Below the pieces are notes generated by a model. That model made no database searches and had not been told where the DNA came from. It saw only the letters and a list, made by a program, of their open reading frames with translations. DNA of 64,000 bases. It comes from a virus. Position 1 is the stretch's first letter. Each line of letters opens with the position of its first letter. Below, piece by piece: positions 46,501 to 53,981 of this stretch. Position numbers and translations under genes: made by a program. The stretch lies in the IMG/VR virus record IMGVR_UViG_3300036828_000755, positions 1 to 64,000 of that record. One strand, 5' to 3'.

Positions 46501-48103
46501 CCCGCAGATCCTCTTTCTTCCCTCTGTCAGCTGCCTCGAACTGGGCCATTTCCCGAGCAATCCCGAAACCAGGTTCTTGCACCTGCCTATAATGCGTGTT
46601 TATTCCCTGCATCAAAGCAAGCGCAAGCTCGTCCCCGTGCCTTATGTCTTCCTTGACTTGGCGACCCCTGCCACGGCCCTGTTGAATTCCTTCCTGATGC
46701 CTGGCTTGCCTCTCGTACTGGGTCAAGAAGGCGGCAGAACTAGCTGGTCCAGACATGATCGCCATGTTCCTGTAGAACGATTCGATCACCCCGATTCGCC
46801 TATCAAGACCAATGGCTGCCGCACCGATTAGTCCAGGGGTTGTTTCGGGAGCAACGCCAGAACCTTTCTTGATACCGTAATCGGTACTACGAGATGGGCG
46901 ACGCGACCTAGCCTCGATGCCGCCCTCTATAGTTGCTATGACGTGCTGCGCATAGACTTCGTGACCCTCATCATCGTAAGCAGCAGCCCTTCTCCTATAC
47001 CTCGCAACAGGAGACATGTATCGCGTCGCACCGCCACCGATCCGACTCTGCAAGTTCTCCAGTATCTCATCTGCCTGTTGCTTAACCGTTGCCAATATCT
47101 GCTGCTGCCTCGTCAACGGCCCCTGGTTGGCGAGCAACTGCGCCATGTATGGCTGCCCACCGAGCGGTGACCTAGATGCAAGAAGTCTGAGCGAACCTCC
47201 CACATCCCCCTGTGTTCGGTGAGCTTGACCAGCATCAATCCCATGAAACCTAATGAGATCCTGAAGAGATCGGGATTCGAAGCCGTGCATCCTCCACGGT
47301 ATTCCCCTCAAAGAATCCATCCAGATCTTTGAAGCCACGTAAGGAACAAGTTGTTGGACGAACTTCTTATCAAAGGGAGCGTTGTGGGCAATGAGGAAGT
47401 CAGCCTTATTGACCAAGTGACGTATCATGGTCGTCGAGATCGCCTGACCCTTGAGCAATTCAGCTGACAGACCTGGAGAAAGAAACTGGTGACGGCCCTG
47501 GTAACTCAGCTGCTGCATCCCCGTGTAGCTCTTCAACACCTTACCAAATTCCCCAGTTTCCTTGTTGAAGGAAAACAGTGTTGCGGTAAGCTCAACAACC
47601 TGATGCTTGAGGGCTTTTAACCCAGTCGTCTCCGTGTCTATGAAGAGTGCTTGGCCCATCACCTTTCCCTTGGTGACAGGGTCATACATCCCTTGCCGAG
47701 TGGCCATCTGCCGCTGTATTAGGGCCCCGTGCTTCTCGAGTTCCCTCCGAAGTGCAGCAGTCCCACTAGTCTCGGCAATCCTGGTAGCAGCAGTCTCCGC
47801 CATCCTCTCCAACCGATACGGCGTGTACCGGTTCAAGACTTGCTGGGCAGTCATCAGGACGCCCGCAGAAGACCCTATGCCAGCCGTCCTCTTCTCGAGT
47901 GCCCTGATGCTTGGCTCAATCCTCTGGATTGCCTCGACTATGTCGCCGACAGATTTGCCAGCAGCAACAGCTCGACGAACAACGCCGTCCAACGACATCG
48001 AGAGTCGGGACGCAAGCTTGTCCGCGTCCTGCATCTCGGCCTTGCCTTGGTTGGTGAAGCGAAGTACTACGCTCAGTATTTCGTCGTCAAACAGTTGCGC
48101 CAT
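40598..48103 (-). CDS. Tape measure protein (2501 aa) with an N-terminal DEDDh exonuclease domain
   Basis: Syntenic position between the tail chaperones and the distal tail gene; long helical Ala/Glu/Lys core; DTETTG/HNAPFD/HRTQGD near the N-terminus. Confidence 0.9.
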   Translation of the reverse strand: MAQLFDDEILSVVLRFTNQGKAEMQDADKLASRLSMSLDGVVRRAVAAGKSVGDIVEAIQRIEPSIRALEKRTAGIGSSAGVLMTAQQVLNRYTPYRLERMAETAATRIAETSGTAALRRELEKHGALIQRQMATRQGMYDPVTKGKVMGQALFIDTETTGLKALKHQVVELTATLFSFNKETGEFGKVLKSYTGMQQLSYQGRHQFLSPGLSAELLKGQAISTTMIRHLVNKADFLIAHNAPFDKKFVQQLVPYVASKIWMDSLRGIPWRMHGFESRSLQDLIRFHGIDAGQAHRTQGDVGGSLRLLASRSPLGGQPYMAQLLANQGPLTRQQQILATVKQQADEILENLQSRIGGGATRYMSPVARYRRRAAAYDDEGHEVYAQHVIATIEGGIEARSRRPSRSTDYGIKKGSGVAPETTPGLIGAAAIGLDRRIGVIESFYRNMAIMSGPASSAAFLTQYERQARHQEGIQQGRGRGRQVKEDIRHGDELALALMQGINTHYRQVQEPGFGIAREMAQFEAADRGKKEDLRAEFASMLSSPWAQRAAPPYSQKAIASFISRYREKPAMLAIRPAAQMANQVGFEDPRFRGLTSIMTEGQVIGRRLAAAKIAQAQRDFFSGATGASFQPRAHRNLIGEALRGMGDLGGGRGGSEAGFGNLDFMSFGLYPLYRKIKEMRDRTKAGRHPLEPPESAESRVNRGAPFGPPSADDPRAQMRYDALQSRLKNLADAVDAAARKLNEFRDVTAKAKMEEAARRRGSRESALGLGLAGTEASFDAQVSRLQARRAAITRIARGRLEGIQGTYEERTTNLAFAELDAEKRYSDAVKAQGRLGRKLRASKKRLGLTDADIQERLESSIRDPQLRMIRARYRSEASRLSPGDWGLEPGQEGPFPKFDKLETLRRQTSTAAARAMYGGSAELEEARQQYEKRYYTMLGGRTLEERAKSKISDVGEGRVAAEEQIDNQIGLIEKRRAAAREKADQARIDNERKFAGTSTKIQMDINKKEEDQSKKRQTAYRKEYEAKVRYVKSEDARGGGPGGGGPGGGAGGGGGGGRAFGSREGYLGFGVGASMLASAGSAVFAGVKQMATYAAQVDTLVFSTKEIAKINALDVDAVMGSVQNVKKLNMTTESANQLVQKMIFAQLDVGKAGQLAKVAQNVSVITGQTPSEAAERLITGISTGLTMTLHRMGLPVSMLQVNRQLNIERKAEGKTGPASEVEKRQALLNAVILEGAKANGLYEKSLMTAGGQLKLFEQNVVELQYSVGKAFLPEFTKFVGMLSKGVKYADDNSAAMARYAKVLTAISAALGALGTFSFMRFLAATPVIPLPLKVASAAVGLAAYGMMNEDAAKDIADNSKERVDFYKKKTAADFDKLSKSSGDGSPEAMASRNQLLEQIKADISTRMVLEEDLTGRLGEEYNARVKALDKYIADIKGKNGVLSALLAGFEGNPELGMFGTLFSSFSRKKSEGQRKKESQEELAKKFSAYTGGTVKPGAIVRESDLQKAASEAEAKGDVLIINTERAQIQAFISEMLEAEGKLNKLDEKYSELGNVGLRARKSMGSPREKIMLDYEQEIANIDVLGKKIKEVQAGAKANDPVAKRQLDLMVTGLGGGELGRKRLENFDQLRKNVTDKAVENRDIQLGKLNRMTQAQIGQTRDQLAIEKIQSNVTIGNYASEKQAILDVYIVKENTAKKTLKLLNNVDDYNKQVVANEVERDSAIIRLDTERKRATQAMLEKSQLRDASIAAQDLLDKPGATGSVVDAMTAAAQIRMDSTSGIQDENKRLEEQVAIFDELTTGIKRYNKELLGSDAEQRIAMFKDSQDLAMQIDRTISAKANKRQSPAYRALDEIQRTRKAQVAEIEEAYEERKKYTTIEGQGPLKNQRDLAMAQANSRAAIDSIKVVEQEIDTARERLAKSIGEVTQSRVEYLQGIAVGQNEEMAAAENIHTLRLKNIQAEFEARDQTLEAEQTKEEQIREAEMEKLKQMLDLRKQHLEEIRSLSEGIFQAFSQYNRGPAIKSFMTDQFRSFGSKVFGNFMVDTLKDVKMFLPGLENVTYDKQGNPVHTPTWLGKMLSGTMLGTKVPTKEEIDAQLNVVTVKNTTATDKNTDALNRLTARLLEMEKNLGITPGLSSGGTMGALGGGRVGWVGPPNLGPEWGGTPSITPYQFGFMNPQLPGYQPGDRGVATSTAISFDDQAYQDRSETLFPGQDASILSGNAGALAGTPLIGGGGGGLAFASAYQGEDLPPLAPVSPGIDTGEEELPPLAPVSPRPAVTQANTIGTAVSVAAAGIAAYQAVKDFRRGGAGGALEGTGALLGAAAIIDPEPISKAILAGVAMGTSLVGSMINNPARRAQDISNMLQARQYLAPQALNVTASSAGTFADIGVKGQLRTSNFSPYPLVTQGFVWKQTHGLLGGPPTYYDVPGGQTSQFGSIVNPGARTPTPQPPVTVNNNYTVHTLDANSFHDYLQKNNRSVGLATAKSLQDGHSLLTREVQRAAR
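47170..47659 (-). other. DEDDh (DnaQ/RNase T-like) 3'-5' exonuclease domain within the tape measure protein
   Basis: Exo I D156/E158 (FIDTETTG), Exo II D245 (IAHNAPFD), Exo III H295/D300 (AHRTQGD). Confidence 0.9.
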
Positions 48104-48109
48104 CTCTAA

Positions 48110-48574
48110 TTACCGACGTCCTTTTGTTTGGGATTGGGACTGCTGTTGGCGAGGGACTTCCCTGATAGAGGCCGACTGCAGAGCATCGACCCTCGCCTGT
48201 TCATCTTGGAGGAGCACGAACGCATCTACGATGCGGGACGGCCATTGCAAAAGATCCCCGCCGTAGGGAGCCGCGCCGAACTCCTTCATTATCTTGGTTC
48301 GCGCGAAAAGTTGTATCAACTCCGTAGACTTAGTTGATATGAGTGAGACAGGGCACTCGCTAGTTTCGGTGCCTGAGATGTTGAACGGACGACCGTGGTG
48401 GTCGTGGTATCCTGCTTCCCAGCATGACGCCCTCTTCGGGTCTACATGGTCTGGGAAATAGGTATTACAATTTCTTTGTTGCCAGTATCCCCTTCGCTTA
48501 CACCGTCCACAATCGAAGACTTCTGACTCATGTCCGCCGGTGCGCCAGAAATGGTAGGCGATGGTGAGTTTTTT
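48110..48574 (-). CDS. Tail assembly chaperone, -1 frame extension (gpT-like)
   Basis: The -1 frame is open from the slippery site through the 48110-48319 ORF: KLTIAYHFWRTGGHESEVFDCGRCKRRG...ECPVSL...ELIQLFAR...KGRR*. Confidence 0.8.
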   Translation of the reverse strand, partial: KKLTIAYHFWRTGGHESEVFDCGRCKRRGYWQQRNCNTYFPDHVDPKRASCWEAGYHDHHGRPFNISGTETSECPVSLISTKSTELIQLFARTKIMKEFGAAPYGGDLLQWPSRIVDAFVLLQDEQARVDALQSASIREVPRQQQSQSQTKGRR

Positions 48575-48981
48575 CTTTCTGCGCCATTCAGCTCTGACTC
48601 CGACTTGATCGCGTCGATGACCTCGTCAAACAGTGCGGACGGGAAATCCTTCCAATCCTCGACGCCGAGCGGCTTCCCGTCAGACTCGATCCCGTCTATC
48701 CGCTTCAAGCCCCACAGGAGCCAGGCAGGGTTCACGGTGCCGAGCATGATACCGTCCAACTCTTCTTGTAGTTCGAGCCACTTAGCAGTGTCGCGGGTCT
48801 CCTCGTCGACCTGCTCAATGCTCGCTTGCTCCTTGATGATCTCACGTATCCTGCGGTTCGGCCCGGAGATCTTGGACCTCAGCTCAAGTCTTCGGCCCTC
48901 AGTCATCTTGTGCAAATAAAAAACGACGCCTTCGAAGATCTGAGACTCGCGGCGCCTGAGAGTCTCATGCTTATAGACCAT
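48442..48981 (-). CDS. Tail assembly chaperone (gpG-like)
   Basis: Located between tail tube and tape measure genes; contains the slippery heptamer. Confidence 0.8.
   Translation of the reverse strand: MVYKHETLRRRESQIFEGVVFYLHKMTEGRRLELRSKISGPNRRIREIIKEQASIEQVDEETRDTAKWLELQEELDGIMLGTVNPAWLLWGLKRIDGIESDGKPLGVEDWKDFPSALFDEVIDAIKSESELNGAERKNSPSPTISGAPADMSQKSSIVDGVSEGDTGNKEIVIPISQTM
48568..48574 (-). other. -1 programmed ribosomal frameshift site A AAA AAC
   Basis: An in-frame X XXY YYZ heptamer (AGA AAA AAC) with the -1 frame open for 154 codons. Confidence 0.85.
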
Positions 48982-49006
48982 GTTTAAAACTTCCTTTTTG
49001 GGAAAT

Positions 49007-49029
49007 CGGGGAGTCCGAACGACTCCCCG
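49007..49029 (-). terminator. Hairpin after the tail tube gene
   Basis: CGGGGAGTC/GACTCCCCG 9-bp perfect stem with a 5-nt loop. The U-tract is weak, so it may attenuate or stabilise rather than terminate. Confidence 0.5.
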
Positions 49030-49052
49030 GTTCTACGGAACGTAGAATTTGG

Positions 49053-50339
49053 TTATGCGATGACGAGTGAAAATTCATCTCGGACCGCGAGCGACGTCGT
49101 CGTCGCCCTGCTGTCTGCATAAGAGGCATCGAACCGAAGTTGTCCATCACCCAAGACGTGGGCGGCTAAGTAGACGTTCTTGAGCAAGAACACGAAGGTG
49201 TTACCAACGTTGGTCCCAAGGTTAATGGCGAAGTCGACCGGGATCTTGTTGTCGCCCCACGACTTGATGGTGTTCACGGCCACCGTGTCGTCGTCATAGA
49301 CGTTGAACGTAAGTGTTATGTTCCTAACATCACCCTCAGGCAAGCTCGGGTAGTAGCTACCGAAGGTATCCCTCACAAGGAGATTGTTCGTCTGCACGCG
49401 GATCGTTGCGTTACGAATAGTAGGGAATGAGGCTGAGCCCGTGGAGAACGTTGCACCGTCCGTCGTCGATGCAGCCTGACCCGCCACGAAGCGCCCAGTA
49501 AATCCCGGGATGATGTTACCGCTCGTCACTGGGGCAGTAGGTTCAGGAGGGAAGGTCAACAAGCCTCCCTTTTGGTAGACGTCAGAATTCCCGTAGTCCT
49601 TGCTCCTCAGCACCCAGTAACAGTCGCCGTTCGCCTGCCACGTGGCAACGTCCTGGTTGAAATTGAACGTCGACTCAGTGACGAGGCAGGTGTTGCCAAC
49701 CCTCTGGTCCAACGTCGTCGGCGTCCTGAAAGACCAAAGGGAAAACTGCGCGATCTCGTCCACGAACGTGTACTGTAGCTTGACCCTGCTCGCGGTCCCA
49801 CCTGCACCAGCACCTTGCCCATTGCCAATAGACCCACACAACGTCAACGTAGTTGAGCTTGCGGCAAAGGCGTACCAGGTGCCATTAGCATTGGTATTGA
49901 TGGTATGTCCAGTGACCGTCACAACCTCGAATGATCCTGAAGGAATCCCGTGCGCGCCACAAGATACCACGATAGGTGTTGCATCGGTCGAGGACGTGAC
50001 AGCCGTCGAACCAACACCAACCGCAGCAGTCTGCCCAAAAATGGCATAGAGCAGCGGGTCAGCATCTGGAGCAACGCCAGGTGTCCCGTTGCCAACAAGG
50101 GACATCTCTATGCTCCAGCGCCCCATCCTGCGACCACCGACCATCCCTTCCATCGAGCGGGTGCCGGTCTTATCAGCGCGCTCGAGCAAGGCCACTTCGT
50201 TCTGCAACTCCATGCGGATGAACCTGCACGCGTTGGCGTTGCCCACGGTTGCCGTGCCCGATGTATTTGGGATGATCCCAAACGCTGGCTGTTGCTGAAG
50301 ATACGCGCGTTCAAGTCGCGAGAAAGAATACTGTGCCAT
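49053..50339 (-). CDS. Major tail tube protein
   Basis: 428 aa, upstream of the chaperones; pattern typical of phage tail tube proteins; contains an apparent inserted beta domain. Confidence 0.8.
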   Translation of the reverse strand: MAQYSFSRLERAYLQQQPAFGIIPNTSGTATVGNANACRFIRMELQNEVALLERADKTGTRSMEGMVGGRRMGRWSIEMSLVGNGTPGVAPDADPLLYAIFGQTAAVGVGSTAVTSSTDATPIVVSCGAHGIPSGSFEVVTVTGHTINTNANGTWYAFAASSTTLTLCGSIGNGQGAGAGGTASRVKLQYTFVDEIAQFSLWSFRTPTTLDQRVGNTCLVTESTFNFNQDVATWQANGDCYWVLRSKDYGNSDVYQKGGLLTFPPEPTAPVTSGNIIPGFTGRFVAGQAASTTDGATFSTGSASFPTIRNATIRVQTNNLLVRDTFGSYYPSLPEGDVRNITLTFNVYDDDTVAVNTIKSWGDNKIPVDFAINLGTNVGNTFVFLLKNVYLAAHVLGDGQLRFDASYADSRATTTSLAVRDEFSLVIA

Positions 50340-50366
50340 CTATTTCAGGTTCTCCTTTTCTTACGG

Positions 50367-50717
50367 TTATCTAGCAACAAGCTCAGGATCTGAAACAACA
50401 TCCCCAGCTTCAGCGAGTGTTTGCCGACGATCTATCAGCATGCACCTTCGCGTCTCGCGATAAATTTCCTGGGCCACCACGAGCTTTTCCAAGAACGAGC
50501 TCGTGGCGCTGAAGCGAGAACCAATTGAGCCGTACTTGTCCAACTCGCCTTGCGTAAAATTGATTCGCTTGAAATCTTCCTCTGAGATGAACGCCGCACC
50601 ACCAAGTACAGCTTCAAGATACGTTTGCTCACTCAACGCAGCCCGCTGGCCAACGGAGTCGAACTCGCGATCCCCTATAAAGGAAGAATCACCACCGACG
50701 TATCTGCAAGAAATCAC
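50367..50717 (-). CDS. Hypothetical protein
   Basis: GTG at 50717 after a GTAGGAG RBS, in frame with track ORF 50367-50768. Confidence 0.6.
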   Translation of the reverse strand: MISCRYVGGDSSFIGDREFDSVGQRAALSEQTYLEAVLGGAAFISEEDFKRINFTQGELDKYGSIGSRFSATSSFLEKLVVAQEIYRETRRCMLIDRRQTLAEAGDVVSDPELVAR

Positions 50718-50736
50718 TTTCCGGACTCCTACAAAA

Positions 50737-50745
50737 ATTGTAACA
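50737..50745 (-). promoter_or_regulatory. Candidate extended -10 promoter (TG-T-TACAAT)
   Basis: AT-rich gap upstream of the tail tube operon. Confidence 0.35.
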
Positions 50746-50794
50746 CAAACGAATGTACAAGGGTACAAAAAAGTTTCGTACCTTGTGTGGAAAC

Positions 50795-51325
50795 TTACAG
50801 GTGGTACCCGAACATCATCGAGAAACCGATGAGCTGCTTAAAGTTTTGGGCCGCGAAGAGCAATGGTCCTCGCTTACACTGGATCTGCCCATTGTAGACC
50901 AGGGGTTCCAACCAGTCCTGGTTCTGGACCCTGTTCATCACGTCAAGGACGACGTCCTCAACGCAGTTGCAGTACTTCTCGTGGTCCTGCAACCCCTTGA
51001 TGTTTCCCCAAGACATGTGAACCTCGAAGATGCACCTTACTGCCCCAGAGAACTGGGTAAACCTCTGCTCGCCAGTCTGACCCGACTCCTTGATATAGAG
51101 GCAAGAAAAAGGGTACCTGATGAGGCCGGTCTTCTCAAGCATGTCAGGATCGATCTGCGCCTTGTAGAAGTTCGTGCTAGACGTGCTGAAGTCAAACTTA
51201 GCAAATGAGGGCGGAAGACCATACACGGCAGCATTAGCAACGAACCCCGGGTTATACCCGGTCAGGGGGTCGCTGAGCCTCTTGTAGACGCCGTCAAGGA
51301 CCTGCTGACTGACCTTATTTAGCAC
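50795..51325 (-). CDS. Tail completion/terminator-like protein
   Basis: 176 aa, between the neck and tail tube genes. Confidence 0.6.
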   Translation of the reverse strand: MLNKVSQQVLDGVYKRLSDPLTGYNPGFVANAAVYGLPPSFAKFDFSTSSTNFYKAQIDPDMLEKTGLIRYPFSCLYIKESGQTGEQRFTQFSGAVRCIFEVHMSWGNIKGLQDHEKYCNCVEDVVLDVMNRVQNQDWLEPLVYNGQIQCKRGPLLFAAQNFKQLIGFSMMFGYHL

Positions 51326-51725
51326 GCTTGAAGACCTCCAAGATCGTGGTCCACAAGTCCCGCTTCACCTCTTCTCGGTCCACCCTGGCAAAACCCACGA
51401 ACCTCCTACGGATGTTCTGGTAGTTACCTATCTGCGCAGCACGGCCGTAGATGGTCATCCTCATCTCCGTCTCGTTCAAGAAATGGGAGATGTCGTAGTT
51501 CGGCGACTGGAACAACCTTGCCGCATGCTCGAGCGGTCGGCTGTGAAGGTGAGGTTTTTCGGGATACTTATATGGGGCGAACGAAGCGCCGAACAAGTCG
51601 GTGCCCCGCTTCAACCTGTTCTGGGTCCTAACGGTCTGCTCCTCCATGACGTGGGTAGAATTGCCAAACGTCGATGTTGCGGCGATCAGCCTCCTGATAC
51701 CTGTGATGCGAGTCGTCGAAACCAT
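51315..51725 (-). CDS. Neck / virion morphogenesis protein
   Basis: ATG at 51725 after GGAGG (TGATG overlap); G.DL.GASFAPY and RRFVGF motifs of virion morphogenesis proteins. Confidence 0.65.
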   Translation of the reverse strand: MVSTTRITGIRRLIAATSTFGNSTHVMEEQTVRTQNRLKRGTDLFGASFAPYKYPEKPHLHSRPLEHAARLFQSPNYDISHFLNETEMRMTIYGRAAQIGNYQNIRRRFVGFARVDREEVKRDLWTTILEVFKRAK

Positions 51726-52504
51726 CAAGCAGCCTCCTGCAACGCCCACCAATGCCTGCACCCGTACCCGCCACCAACATCGAAGACCCCCGGCAACTGC
51801 CCATTGTCGAGCGCGTCTATCTCCTTTCGAGACAGTTCTTTCCCAAGGAGCCGCGAACAAAAGCTCCTCGACTTGTCGTCGACGGGACCGACGTAGACGT
51901 AGCGGCACTGGTGCCCGTTTTCTTCCAAAGTTCGGTAGTGCAAATTTCCTGTCATTCTAAAGAATAGTATCAGTTGGTCCTTAGCAACGAGTTCCACGTC
52001 ATTCAACCTCCGAACGACCGTGGATATCCCTGTGACTAACTCAGACAGGTTGACCTCACCCAGGGACCTAGACAAAAGGTTCCGAAGTGCCAGGCCAACC
52101 CTGAGCACGTGGCCCTCTATTGCCCCTATTGCTGCAGCAGCCTGGTTTCCAAGCAACTCGTGGTCGTCGCTGTCTAGCTGAACTTCTGGGAGGTCCCCCA
52201 TCTCGGCGTACATCTCCCTGAACTCGTCAACCTGGTCGACGAACGTCTCGATCAACGCGAGTATCGAGGGGTAGAACCCTGACCTGTTGAGTTCCCGGTG
52301 GAACACGTTCTCGAAGTCAAGTATCACGACCGAGTTTTCGGGCACCTGCCTAACTACCCCATCCTTGACAATCAACCTCTCAAGGAAGTAGCTAGAAAAA
52401 CTTTCTATGAGCAAGTCCACCTCGTCTCGTATTTGACCAGTGAAGTACGAGATCAAGGACTGCATGCGAGAAGCATGCGCATCTACCTTTGCCTGGGAAA
52501 CCAC
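51725..52504 (-). CDS. Head morphogenesis (SPP1 gp7 / Mu F-like) minor capsid protein
   Basis: C-terminal YVGPVDDKSRSFC...GGGYGCRHWW. Confidence 0.78.
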   Translation of the reverse strand: MVSQAKVDAHASRMQSLISYFTGQIRDEVDLLIESFSSYFLERLIVKDGVVRQVPENSVVILDFENVFHRELNRSGFYPSILALIETFVDQVDEFREMYAEMGDLPEVQLDSDDHELLGNQAAAAIGAIEGHVLRVGLALRNLLSRSLGEVNLSELVTGISTVVRRLNDVELVAKDQLILFFRMTGNLHYRTLEENGHQCRYVYVGPVDDKSRSFCSRLLGKELSRKEIDALDNGQLPGVFDVGGGYGCRHWWALQEAA

Positions 52505-53487
52505 TACGCCCTTTGCCTCATCGGCACCAAGCTAAGTCTGCGGGTTGGCCACTGCCCGAGACCAGCCGTCGGCCCACTAAAAATTGGGTCCGCGTCCAAC
52601 GTGTATGTTTCCACGTCAATTGGGATGGGCACAGTGTTCTGCAAGAACAGCACGCCGCCAGCAACCGGGGAGACGTACACGTTCCAGTGCGTTGCCTTCA
52701 GTGGCGAAACAACCACCACCAAGACCTGCGCAGGGTCCTGGATTCCCGTCGGAGGGACGAGCGTCGAGATGTCGACGGAGATGACGTTCCCCGGTGACAT
52801 GTTAACGGTGATCCTGTCAGCAAGTTCCGACTCAGCATTGTTAACATTCGACGGATCTAGGTACAAGTTAGCCTGCGACATGTCGACGTACGAGATGACG
52901 ACGTCGCACTGGGTCCCGTCGAGCGTACCGTTGCCTGGGACCAGCGACACGTTGGCGTAGTCCCAGCTCCCAGAGTTCCTCGTAAAATACGAGGCTGGGG
53001 CGTACAGGGGGCGGAGGACGATAGGTATGCCTAGCCCAAAGAGCGTTGGCTGCACCCTCCTCGTCAGCTCATCCTTGTAGAGGTTCATCTTCTTCTCGTA
53101 CCTGTCGTTCACGGTGCGGGCAAAAGCATTCCTATAGAAGATCCTCAATGTCCAGAAAACGGCGAACTGCTTGATCCAATTCCACGCTGCTCCCGTGTCG
53201 CTGGACACGCAAACCTGCGTCAAGGCCGCCTTTACCCTGACGGAGTTTCCGATGCCAACGTTCAGGACGGCGGCAAGATGGTTGGCCGTGAGGTCGCCGG
53301 AGTTCAGGTAGCCTCCGAAAGCAACCATGAGCTTCTGGAGCTCGTTGGCAGTTTCCTCGATCCCGGCCCGAATGAGCCCGTTGTCCCCCTCAAGCGTGAT
53401 GGACTCGTTGTCAGCAACTACCTGGGTCTCCCCGTCAATCCTCATCAGATCATTGGTTGTAACGAAGATCTTGTCGGTGAAGAGCAA
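52504..53487 (-). CDS. Head-tail adaptor-like protein with a C-terminal beta domain
   Basis: TTG at 53487 after GGGAGG; helical N-terminus and beta-rich C-terminus; syntenic position. Confidence 0.55.
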   Translation of the reverse strand: MLFTDKIFVTTNDLMRIDGETQVVADNESITLEGDNGLIRAGIEETANELQKLMVAFGGYLNSGDLTANHLAAVLNVGIGNSVRVKAALTQVCVSSDTGAAWNWIKQFAVFWTLRIFYRNAFARTVNDRYEKKMNLYKDELTRRVQPTLFGLGIPIVLRPLYAPASYFTRNSGSWDYANVSLVPGNGTLDGTQCDVVISYVDMSQANLYLDPSNVNNAESELADRITVNMSPGNVISVDISTLVPPTGIQDPAQVLVVVVSPLKATHWNVYVSPVAGGVLFLQNTVPIPIDVETYTLDADPIFSGPTAGLGQWPTRRLSLVPMRQRA

Positions 53488-53504
53488 TCGAACCTCCCTA
53501 CTCC

Positions 53505-53550
53505 TAAAACAAAAATGGGGGCCAGACGGTGTCCCGCCGAGCCCCCATAG
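53505..53550 (-). terminator. Intrinsic terminator ending the capsid transcript
   Basis: On the - strand, an ATGGGGGC...GCCCCCAT stem followed by TTTTGTTTT. Confidence 0.7.
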
Positions 53551-53566
53551 ATCCGTGCTGCTGAAT

Positions 53567-53935
53567 TTATGATTCCAGCCAGGCTCGGTATGTGCAACTC
53601 CCACCAGCCTCGATGTTGGAGAGCTTGAGGCGAAGCGTAGCGCCAGCCACGCCCAGCCGAAGGTCGGGAAAGTCCTGCTTCTTGAAAGACTTCACCTTGT
53701 CGGCGGAACTGACGAGCGCGCCCTTGAAGCTTACCGCTGGGCCCGAGAGCGAAGCGGTAAAACCGTTGATCGAGTCCTCGAAGACGAACCGAACTAGTGG
53801 GACAGCTGAACCGGAGTCGGACAACTGCGAAACGTTCAACTTCAGCGTCCAGTCGCCGGTGATACCGGAAGTGTCTATGCCAACGCCCGTATAGGGAGCT
53901 GTCTGCGTCTGCGAATCAATCTGCGTGAGGGTCAT
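53567..53935 (-). CDS. Hypothetical beta-rich protein (capsid decoration candidate)
   Basis: 122 aa, downstream of the capsid gene, AAGAGG RBS. Confidence 0.6.
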   Translation of the reverse strand: MTLTQIDSQTQTAPYTGVGIDTSGITGDWTLKLNVSQLSDSGSAVPLVRFVFEDSINGFTASLSGPAVSFKGALVSSADKVKSFKKQDFPDLRLGVAGATLRLKLSNIEAGGSCTYRAWLES

Positions 53936-53981
53936 TTTCTGTTACCTCTTCCTTTTGAATTCCGGACGTATCCGGTACGAA

